A stretch of 24,000 nt of DNA from Candidatus Contendobacter odensis Run_B_J11 (GTDB taxonomy: Bacteria; Pseudomonadota; Gammaproteobacteria; Competibacterales; Competibacteraceae). Position numbers and translations under genes: made by a program. The notes under the pieces were generated by a model, which ran no database searches, was not told where the DNA came from, and was given only the letters and a program-made list of their open reading frames with translations. Positions 7,440-14,280 of the stretch are shown here, piece by piece (position 1 is the stretch's first letter; each line of letters begins with the position of its first letter). The stretch is taken from positions 47,770 through 71,769 of the forward strand of contig NZ_CBTK010000248.1 in assembly GCF_000531125.1 (NCBI RefSeq). Reading direction: 5' to 3'.

Positions 7440-9470
7440 TCAGTGGGTACCGCCGTAGCTGGCGATCTCCAAATCTTCCTCGGTCAAACCCGATTGGGCT
7501 TCGCGGACATGGCGGCGGGCCTCGCCGACGCTCTCGTAGATGTACGGCGCTACGGCGCGCTGCTCCAGAGCATCGCCCAGTTTCATCCGCAGGAAGGCGC
7601 TGGTGGTGTAACGGGTCACACCGGAATAGAAGCGATCCATCAAATCCTTGATGATGTCGGTGTACGGGTCCAGCAAATCCGGGTCAATGGTGAAATTATC
7701 GTAGTTGACCACCGCGTAAGTCTTGTGGCCCAGCCCCGCCAGATTGCGCTCCACCTGCTGCCGGATCGCCTCGGCGTCAGCCAGGGTTTTGATTTCATAG
7801 TTTTCCAGATTGACGAAGAATAAATCTTCCTCGGCATCGTAGGTGAAGCGCTGCTCGACCGGCAGTCGCAGCAAGGCGCGGCGCAAACCCATCGGCTCGG
7901 TCTGGAAGATGCGTTGATCCATCAGCCGTGGCGACTGTTTCAGCACCGGCTGAAAGTCCATCTGCGCCAGAATATCCTGCTGCAAATCCATGCCCGGCGC
8001 GATTTCGATCAATTCCATGCCATCGCGGGTCAATTGGAACACGCAGCGTTCGGTGACATAGAGTACCGACTGGCCCTTGGCGACCGCATGCGAGCCACTG
8101 AAAGTGCGATGCTCCACTTCGGCAATGAACTTGCGGCCCGCACCCGGGTTGATGATTTTAAGCTGGCCGTGTTCGACCGCGACCGCGCCGCCGGCCAGGA
8201 AAGTGCCGACGAACACCACCCGCTTGGCGTTCTGGCTGATGTTGATGAAGCCGCCCGCACCCGCCAGCTTATTGCCGAATTTGCTGACGTTGACGTTGCC
8301 CTGCTGATCCACTTGAGCCATGCCGAGAAAGGCGATGTCCAGCCCGCCGCCATCGTAAAAATCGAACTGCGAGGGCTGATCGATGATCGCTTGGGTGTTG
8401 CTGGCCGCGCCGAAGTTGAGTCCGCCCGCCGGAATCCCGCCCAGCACCCCCGGCTCGGCGGTCAGGGTCATCAGGCTGATGATCTTTTCCTCGTTGGCGA
8501 TGTTGGCGATACCCTCCGGCATCCCGATGCCGAGGTTGACCACACTGTTGGGCAGAATCTCGAAGGCGGCGCGGCGAGCGATCAGCTTGCGCTCGCTCAT
8601 CGGCATCGGGTCGATGGATTGCAGCGGCACCCGGATTTCGCCGCTGAACGCCGGGTTATAGGGGGTGGCAAAGGTTTGCCAGTGATGTTCGGGCGGTGCA
8701 ATCACCACGCAATCCACCAGTACGCCGGGAATCTTGACACTGCGCGGGTGCAGGTTGCCGCGCTCGGCCAGGCGCTCGACCTGAACGATGACCACGCCGC
8801 CGGAGTTGTGAACGGCAGTGGCAATCGCCAGCACTTCCAGGATCAAGGCTTCCCGTTCCATCGAGATATTGCCGTCAGGGTCGGCGGTGGTGCCGCGAAT
8901 CAGGGCGACATGGATCGGAAATGCCTTGTAAAACAGATATTCATGTCCACTGATGGGCATGAGTTCGACGATTTCTTCGGTGGTGATAGCGTTCATCTTG
9001 CCACCGCCGAAGCGCGGGTCTACGAAAGTGCCCAGCCCGACCGAACTGAGGGTACCGGGTTTGTGCGCGGCAATGTCGCGGAACAGATGAGAAATAACGC
9101 CCTGCGGCAAGTTGTAGGCTTCGATCTTGCCGGCGATGGCCAATTGGCCCAACTTGGGCACCAGTCCCCAATGACCCCCGATCACCCGCCGCACCAGTCC
9201 TTCATGGCCGAGATGGTTCAAGCCACGGTCCTTACCGTCGCCCTGACCGGCGGCATACACCAGAGTCAAGCCACGCGGCCGGCCAGTTTCCAGAAAATAA
9301 TCCTCCAGCGCCACAGCGAGATGCTCGGCGAAGCCGATGCCGACGAAGCCGCCGGTGGCGACGGTGTCGCCGTCGCGGATCAGCCGTACCGCTTCTTCGG
9401 CGCTGACGATCTTGCCCTTGCTGGTGAACGGCTGGGAGGAGAGGATAGGATGGGGGTGCTGGACAGGCAT
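7440..9470 (-). CDS. Family I acyl-CoA:acetate/3-ketoacid CoA-transferase (YdiF/Pct-like) with a C-terminal extension of about 147 aa
   Basis: The N-terminal region [29 protein letters not shown] and the putative catalytic-Glu region [19 protein letters not shown] are typical of YdiF/propionate CoA-transferases. I place the start at ATG 9470 (MPVQHPHP...) with GGAG upstream, rather than the track start 9590, which lies inside the MITE-like element. Confidence 0.85.
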   Translation of the reverse strand: MPVQHPHPILSSQPFTSKGKIVSAEEAVRLIRDGDTVATGGFVGIGFAEHLAVALEDYFLETGRPRGLTLVYAAGQGDGKDRGLNHLGHEGLVRRVIGGHWGLVPKLGQLAIAGKIEAYNLPQGVISHLFRDIAAHKPGTLSSVGLGTFVDPRFGGGKMNAITTEEIVELMPISGHEYLFYKAFPIHVALIRGTTADPDGNISMEREALILEVLAIATAVHNSGGVVIVQVERLAERGNLHPRSVKIPGVLVDCVVIAPPEHHWQTFATPYNPAFSGEIRVPLQSIDPMPMSERKLIARRAAFEILPNSVVNLGIGMPEGIANIANEEKIISLMTLTAEPGVLGGIPAGGLNFGAASNTQAIIDQPSQFDFYDGGGLDIAFLGMAQVDQQGNVNVSKFGNKLAGAGGFINISQNAKRVVFVGTFLAGGAVAVEHGQLKIINPGAGRKFIAEVEHRTFSGSHAVAKGQSVLYVTERCVFQLTRDGMELIEIAPGMDLQQDILAQMDFQPVLKQSPRLMDQRIFQTEPMGLRRALLRLPVEQRFTYDAEEDLFFVNLENYEIKTLADAEAIRQQVERNLAGLGHKTYAVVNYDNFTIDPDLLDPYTDIIKDLMDRFYSGVTRYTTSAFLRMKLGDALEQRAVAPYIYESVGEARRHVREAQSGLTEEDLEIASYGGTH

Positions 9471-9496
9471 GAATACAGAGACTCCGATAAAAAAGA

Positions 9497-9671
9497 GGGT
9501 TCTTCGAGGGTTGCTATGGAGCGGGTCTCTCAATACCGATTGTGGCCCGCTGCGCCGGCTCGTGGCGGGGTGGATACCGATGAAAATCAATCTATTCCTG
9601 ATGAGCGATCCACTGATAGTCTTATCTATGAGACATTAAGCCCCGGTTTCCATAAGAACCCTCGAAGAATC
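9497..9671. mobile_element. MITE-like non-autonomous element (175 bp) bounded by ISL3-type terminal inverted repeats
   Basis: The left end is GGGTTCTTCGAGGGTTGCTATGG (9497-9519). The reverse complement of the right end (9650-9671) is GATTCTTCGAGGGTTCTTATGG, about 20 of 22 matching. Both resemble the inverted repeat at the end of the ISL3 transposase remnant (reverse complement of 13711-13733 = GGGTTCTTCGACGGTTCTTGTGG). There is no coding capacity, and I could not find a clear 8-bp target-site duplication. Confidence 0.6.
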
Positions 9672-9849
9672 AATTGCAAGGACAATAATTCCGAAATGGG
9701 CCTTGCTCCGCAGCAGGCGCTTGATAGCCCAATCAAAACTGATTAAGTGACGGGGACCGGACATGGCAAATCTTCCAGGATAATTAAAGCATGGCGAACA
9801 CGCTCAGGTCATTGCCACAATCGCTGCACACCACTGTTCCATATTGCCA

Positions 9850-10839
9850 TCACAGGATGCTTTGTAGAATCGCCTGGGTCTCCGTCGCTGACAGGCGTGG
9901 CCCCAAGCGAGTCACCAGCTTGGCCGCTGCCGCCGAAGCCAAAGCTCCAGCACGCGGGTGTTCCCAGCCCTGACCCCGGCCATAGAGGAAAGCCCCGGCG
10001 AACATGTCCCCGGCGCCGACCGTATCCACCGCTTCCACCGGAACCGGGTCAATCTCGATCAGGGTTTGACCCTCCCAAACCAGCGCGCCTTTGGAACCCC
10101 GCGTAATCACAAACTCCCGGCTGAGGGTTTTCAGGTAGTCAAGCGTGCCACCCAAATCCGCAGCGCCTGCCATGCCTTTGGCCTCATCCTCGTTGGCGAA
10201 CAACAAATCCACCCCTGAGCCGATCATCTCCAGCAATCCCGCTTTGAAAAACCGGACCATGTTGGGGTCGGACAGGGAGATGGCGGTTTTGACCCCGGAT
10301 GCCTCAGCGAGGCGCTTGGCGGCGATACACGCCTCGCGGGCGGTTTCCGAGGTGACCAGATAGCCTTCCATGTAGAAGTATTCAGAGTCGAGCAGAGCGT
10401 CTTCGACCAGTTCTTTCTTGGACAACCCGCCGCTGATCCCCAGAAAGGTGCATAGGGTGCGGTCGCTGTCTGGCGTGACCAGCACCACGCACCTGCCGGT
10501 ATGGCCTGATTCCTTCTCGGTATGGTGATTGGTGTCCACCCCGCCATCGCGCAGATCCTTCATATAGAAGTGTCCGAGATCGTCCCCCGCGACCTTGCAG
10601 GAATAGAAGCTGGCCCCGCCGAACTGGCGGACCGCGATCATCGAATTAGCCGCCGACCCCCCCGAACTGCGCTGGTGAGCGTGGGCGGCCAGATGACTCA
10701 TGATCTTCAACTGGTGATCCTCATCCACCAGGGTCATCACCCCCTTTTCGATGCCCAGTGCCTCCAGGTCGGCTACCTCGACCTCATATTCCATATCCAC
10801 CAGCGCATTGCCGATCCCGTACACGTCATACTTCGCCAT
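9850..10839 (-). CDS. PfkB-family carbohydrate/nucleoside kinase, adenosine kinase-like
   Basis: The N-terminus is MAKYDVYGIGNALVDMEYEV. The C-terminal PfkB signature is DTVGAGDMFAGAFLYG. The length is about 329 aa. ATG 10839 is preferred because GGGGG lies just upstream; GTG 10842 in the track is one codon longer. Confidence 0.8.
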   Translation of the reverse strand: MAKYDVYGIGNALVDMEYEVEVADLEALGIEKGVMTLVDEDHQLKIMSHLAAHAHQRSSGGSAANSMIAVRQFGGASFYSCKVAGDDLGHFYMKDLRDGGVDTNHHTEKESGHTGRCVVLVTPDSDRTLCTFLGISGGLSKKELVEDALLDSEYFYMEGYLVTSETAREACIAAKRLAEASGVKTAISLSDPNMVRFFKAGLLEMIGSGVDLLFANEDEAKGMAGAADLGGTLDYLKTLSREFVITRGSKGALVWEGQTLIEIDPVPVEAVDTVGAGDMFAGAFLYGRGQGWEHPRAGALASAAAAKLVTRLGPRLSATETQAILQSIL

Positions 10840-10894
10840 CACGCCCCCATTATCGAGTGGTCAAAAGATTAATTATGGACTCGAAGATCTCCAT

Positions 10895-11818
10895 TCAGAT
10901 CAAGGTTCCGATGTCTTCGAGAATGCTCTTCACATTGTTGAGTGTTCCCACCGCCGTCTTGAGGCCGACGTTGACCGCATCCATGCCTTTGACCACCGTT
11001 CCAGTGGCTTCGGTTGCGCCGTGGGTCAATTTCTGGAAGTTTTCGGCCACACTGAACAGATGATCTTTAAGCTTGTTGGCGTCTTCTCCCAGCTTGCGCA
11101 ACCGATCCTGCTGCTGATGGTTGAACGTCTGCATCACCTGCTGGCCCTGCTCCGACACCCGCTGCGCCGAAGCCGTCAGCTTCTGGCTGAAGCGCCCGGC
11201 GGTTTCGTGCAGATGAGTGGCGAACTGCTGGCTACCGCCGCGAACGTGTTGCTCCAAACCACTGCTCAACTCCTGCCGTGCGCCGCCAGCTAATTGCTGT
11301 AAATGCTGTCCCCACTGCTGGGCCTGCACCATGACCTTTTGTCCGTACACGGTCTCGGCCTGCTGCGCTTCCTGTTGCATGGCACTCAGCAGATGTTCCA
11401 CTGTTCCCAGTAGTTCCTGGCCCTGCTGGCTGTTCTGATCGGTGTAGCCCTGTAGCTCGGTATGGCGCTGGCTGGCGTCGTTCACCAGCGCCCCCAGCAC
11501 CGTGCTGACTTGCCCATAGGTGGCTGTGACCTGCTGATGTCCCTGCTCGACCTGCTGGATCAGATGTTCGACCTGCTGGGTCAGGTGCGAAACCTGGGTG
11601 GTGACACCCTCGCGCACCTGATCGGCTCGCTGGCGGACGGTTTGCAACCGATGGGTCAATTGTTCATAGGCGGCCTGGGTCTCGGCGATCAGGGTATCGG
11701 CTTGCTGCTGCGCTTCGGTGACCCGGGCGCCGGCCTGTTGCAACTGCCCGCGAATTTCCCCCAGATGCTCCAGCATCTGCCGGGCTTCGGTGTCGATCTG
11801 ACTGGCAAAATCTACCAT
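10895..11818 (-). CDS. Hypothetical Gln/His-rich all-helical (probable coiled-coil) protein, 307 aa
   Basis: It has a strong Shine-Dalgarno sequence (GGGAGA, complement of 11825-11830) 6 nt before the ATG and lies 18 nt after the upstream ORF stop. By hand count it contains about 53 Gln, about 14 His, no Pro and no Cys, and it has no signal peptide or TM segment. The last ~45 aa switch to a Gly/Val/Thr/Asn-rich tail (GATEATGTVVKGMDAVNVGLKTAVGTLNNVKSILEDIGTLI). I recognise no family. Confidence 0.7.
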   Translation of the reverse strand: MVDFASQIDTEARQMLEHLGEIRGQLQQAGARVTEAQQQADTLIAETQAAYEQLTHRLQTVRQRADQVREGVTTQVSHLTQQVEHLIQQVEQGHQQVTATYGQVSTVLGALVNDASQRHTELQGYTDQNSQQGQELLGTVEHLLSAMQQEAQQAETVYGQKVMVQAQQWGQHLQQLAGGARQELSSGLEQHVRGGSQQFATHLHETAGRFSQKLTASAQRVSEQGQQVMQTFNHQQQDRLRKLGEDANKLKDHLFSVAENFQKLTHGATEATGTVVKGMDAVNVGLKTAVGTLNNVKSILEDIGTLI

Positions 11819-11836
11819 GTAATTTCTCCCTGCGCT

Positions 11837-12325
11837 TCAAACATGGATGCCCACAGTCGCGGCGACCTGCTGGACGCTCTTGACGACCTGGGTGATGGGA
11901 TCGGTTAGCCTTTGCCGGTCATCAAAGACCGGTTTCAGCAATTCCCGGACTTCCGAACTGCTGGACGTAGACTGGGTAAGTTCCTGGCTGATTTGGCTCA
12001 GGGTGTCGTTGAAGTGTTGCCCGATCTCGCTGATGAGGTGTTTGACCTGGTTCTCCAATTCGTCCCGCGCCGCATCCATCACCTGTTGTGCGCCCTCGGT
12101 CAGCGGGCCGGTCACGGTATGCTCAACCGCGCCAGCGAACTCCTGCGAATGCTGGTTGATTGCGGCGATCAAGGCGCTTTCCACGCTCTGAGCGGTTTCC
12201 TGCCCGGTGCTGTGCAACGCTTCCAGACTTTGATGGATGAATGCTCCCCATTCGGTTTCTAGCGACTGGGTGTGGTGTTCAAACTCCTGCAAGGCGGTGG
12301 CCGACTGCCCGAAACTGGCTTGCAT
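11837..12325 (-). CDS. Hypothetical Gln/His-rich helical protein, 162 aa (possibly 5'-truncated)
   Basis: Its composition resembles the downstream 307-aa ORF (about 20 Gln and 9 His by hand count), and the two share local motifs (AQQVMDAARDEL versus GQQVMQTFNHQQ). There is no recognisable Shine-Dalgarno sequence before ATG 12325. The reading frame is open upstream to 12406 without another start codon, and that upstream DNA is antisense to a CDF remnant. Confidence 0.55.
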   Translation of the reverse strand: MQASFGQSATALQEFEHHTQSLETEWGAFIHQSLEALHSTGQETAQSVESALIAAINQHSQEFAGAVEHTVTGPLTEGAQQVMDAARDELENQVKHLISEIGQHFNDTLSQISQELTQSTSSSSEVRELLKPVFDDRQRLTDPITQVVKSVQQVAATVGIHV

Positions 12326-12348
12326 GGCCTGTTGAGTGTTGTTGCAGG

Positions 12349-12786
12349 CTGCTGCACATTCTGGGCGACCTGCTCGGCTCGGTGGCCGCCCTGCTGTCCG
12401 GCCTCGTCATTGCCTTCACCGGCTGGACGCCGATTGATCCGTTACTGTCGTTGGGGATCAGCGGGTTGATTGTGCTGTCCAGCTTGCGCCTGTTGCGCGA
12501 AGCCCTGCACGGGTTGATGGAAGGGACGCCATTCAATCTCGCGCCGGAGGAGGTAGGGCGGGCGCTGGCGACCGTACCCGGCGTCGCTTCGGTGCATGAC
12601 CTGCACATCTGGAGCATCGCTTCGGAGCAGACCCTGCTCTCCGCTCATCTGGTGGTGCGCGATTTGCGACAGTGGGAAACGGTGCTGGAGGCTTGCCATA
12701 CCCTGCTGACCGAACGCTTCGGTATTCAACACGCCACCCTGCAACCGGAGCCGGAAACCCGGACGGTGCGCTGGCTGAAGGCGTGA
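12349..12786 (+). pseudogene. 5'-truncated cation diffusion facilitator (ZitB/CzcD-like) metal exporter; only TM5-TM6 and the cytoplasmic C-terminal domain remain
   Basis: [35 protein letters not shown]...LMEGTPFNL...VHDLHIWSI...IQHATLQPE aligns with E. coli ZitB from about residue 157 ([35 protein letters not shown]...). The roughly 155 N-terminal residues (TM1-4, including the TM2 metal-site residues) are absent. The track ORF start 12241 adds about 35 non-homologous codons that are antisense to the neighbouring gene. Confidence 0.75.
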
Positions 12787-12826
12787 GCCGAAGCAGTGAC
12801 GCCTCATCCCTCTCTGGAAAATCACG

Positions 12827-13330
12827 ATGAATAACCGCCGCTTCCCCTTATTATTGTTAGCTGTCGTCCTGGTGCTGACCGGTGCCGGACTTTACCGCTG
12901 GCGAGCTGCGGGATCGACATTCCAAGCGGCAACCGATCCGATGTCCTCTACTGTGTCCGGTCTGCCCCGATTGATAGAACTCGGTTCCGACTCTTGCGCC
13001 AGTTGTACCGCCATGCAGCAGGTGCTGGCGGAACTGCGAGCGCATCACGGTGGACGTCTGGAGGTCGTGGCGATCAACCTGTTGCAGTATCCCGAACAAA
13101 CACAAGTCTGGCAGGTGAAGTTCATCCCCACCCAAATCTTTCTGGATGGACAGGGGCGAGAGCTGTTCCGGCATGTGGGCTATCTGCCCCGGCAGGCAGT
13201 GGAGGAACGCTTCGCGGCGCTCGGGTCATCAACGAACCTGGAACCTGCCCTTTTTTACAACATCTTCAATGAGCTATTCCTTCAGCCACACTTAAGTTGG
13301 CGCGTATGGGCGGGATCGCTGGCGCTATAA
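12827..13330 (+). CDS. Membrane-anchored thioredoxin-fold protein (CxxC = CASC), with a C-terminal tail probably altered by adjacent IS-derived DNA
   Basis: It has an N-terminal anchor (FPLLLLAVVLVLTGAG) and a thioredoxin-like core: LIELGSDSCASCTAMQQVLAEL...FIPTQIFLDGQGRELFRHVGYL. After ...RFAALG the last ~34 codons (SSTNLEPALFYNIFNELFLQPHLSWRVWAGSLAL) run into lower-GC sequence contiguous with the ISL3 remnant. Confidence 0.7.
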   Translation: MNNRRFPLLLLAVVLVLTGAGLYRWRAAGSTFQAATDPMSSTVSGLPRLIELGSDSCASCTAMQQVLAELRAHHGGRLEVVAINLLQYPEQTQVWQVKFIPTQIFLDGQGRELFRHVGYLPRQAVEERFAALGSSTNLEPALFYNIFNELFLQPHLSWRVWAGSLAL

Positions 13331-13708
13331 GCGTCTGAAATGGGCGCTGCTGAAAAATGCGGAGGACTTGACCGACGATCAGAAGAAGAAGCTCGCCCAC
13401 GCTTTTCTGTTAGCCCCTCAACTGAAGCTGCTCTATGAGCATAAAGAGAATTTCCGTTTAATTTTCGATCAACGTTTGACTCGTGAGTAAGGTGAAATTG
13501 AATTAAATCAATGGATAGAACAGGCCAAGAAAATGAAAAACAAGCATCTGAATAACTTTCTGTCGATGCTCAATGCCTGGAAAGATTACGTATTAAACTA
13601 TTTCACGCATCGATTCACAACGAGTGTGACAAAGTAGTGAAACGCATGGGTTACGGTTTCCGCAACTTTGTTAACTTTAAGCAACGGATACTGATCAGTT
13701 TCGCCTAG
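13296..13708 (+). pseudogene. ISL3-family transposase C-terminal fragment, disrupted
   Basis: My translation gives ...RWRYKRLKWALLKNAEDLTDDQKKKLAHAFLLAPQLKLLYEHKENFRLIFDQRLTRE*GEIELNQWIEQAKKMKNKHLNNFLSMLNAWKDYVLNYFTHRFTTS. After a frame change and a short deletion it continues VVKRMGYGFRNFVNFKQRILISFA*. The LLKN...L and (R/K)xGYGFRNFxNFxxRIL C-terminus is typical of ISL3 transposases. There is an in-frame TAA at 13488-13490 and at least one frameshift or deletion near 13630. Confidence 0.75.
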
Positions 13709-13733
13709 CTCCACAAGAACCGTCGAAGAACCC
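13296..13733 (+). mobile_element. ISL3-family insertion sequence remnant (3' end only) with right terminal inverted repeat
   Basis: It is a lower-GC block that contains transposase C-terminal fragments and ends in CCACAAGAACCGTCGAAGAACCC (13711-13733). The left boundary is uncertain: there is no left inverted repeat, and recognisable homology starts near 13296-13314. Confidence 0.75.
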
Positions 13734-13820
13734 AAATTTATAGAGAAATGGTATTACTCGCCCGACAGCGAGCGGCTGCCTGATTCGGATCGAATCGCCA
13801 AAGCTACGGATCGATGGCGC

Positions 13821-14243
13821 TCACGCCTGCAAGGCATCCCGAATCCGTGCGGCCAGCGCCTTCAACGCATCGGGATCGGCGGGCGCACGGCCATGAGCGC
13901 CGATTTTTTGCCCTTCCCACATCGGAATAATGTGAACGTGGTAATGCAGTACGGTCTGTCCGGCGGCGGTGCCATTGAACTGGTTGATGCGGATGCCGTC
14001 GGGGACTAGCGCCTGTTGTACTGCACCGGCAATGCGCTGGGTGGTCACAGTGACCGCCAGCAGATCAACCTCGGCAATATCCAGCAGGGTGGGCGCATGA
14101 GCCTTGGAAATCACCAGGGTATGCCCCGGACTGGCTGGCTGAATGTCCATGAAGGCCAGAGTGAGATCATCTTCGTAGACTTTGATCGCCGGAATTTCCC
14201 CCCGGACGATTTTGCAGAAAATGCAGTGGGCCGATGCCGACAT
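13821..14243 (-). CDS. HIT (histidine triad) family nucleotide hydrolase/transferase
   Basis: It starts CIFCKIVRGEIPA and carries the histidine triad LHYHVHIIP. It is 140 aa with a GGGAG Shine-Dalgarno sequence upstream. Confidence 0.9.
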   Translation of the reverse strand: MSASAHCIFCKIVRGEIPAIKVYEDDLTLAFMDIQPASPGHTLVISKAHAPTLLDIAEVDLLAVTVTTQRIAGAVQQALVPDGIRINQFNGTAAGQTVLHYHVHIIPMWEGQKIGAHGRAPADPDALKALAARIRDALQA

Positions 14244-14280
14244 GATGAAAAACTCCCAAGGCAGGATGTGATTAAGATGG

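Noticed and set aside
9471-9590. 40-codon N-terminal extension of the CoA-transferase ORF (track start 9590)
   Set aside because: The extension lies within the MITE-like element and encodes non-homologous sequence ([17 protein letters not shown]...). ATG 9470 has a GGAG Shine-Dalgarno sequence, and the family homology begins shortly after it.
7914-9746. 610-aa plus-strand ORF, the longest unassigned ORF in the track
   Set aside because: It is entirely antisense to the CoA-transferase gene, whose minus-strand translation carries clear family motifs. The plus-strand product is low-complexity and Arg/Gly/Ala/Asp-rich with no recognisable motif, which is typical of an open antisense frame in high-GC DNA.
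9747-10106. 119-aa plus-strand ORF starting in the spacer after the MITE
   Set aside because: It mostly overlaps the adenosine-kinase gene in antisense, is Pro/Arg/Ser-rich, and has no Shine-Dalgarno sequence or motifs.
10871-10890. GGACTCGAAGATCTCC downstream of the 307-aa ORF, sharing CTCGAAGA with the ISL3-type inverted repeats
   Set aside because: Only 8 nt match and the flanking inverted-repeat positions do not. This is too short to call a solo inverted repeat.
12241-12348. N-terminal ~36 codons of the track ORF 12241..12786
   Set aside because: This part has no CDF homology and is antisense to the 162-aa gene. It is only an open frame upstream of the truncation point, not evidence for an intact short CDF gene.
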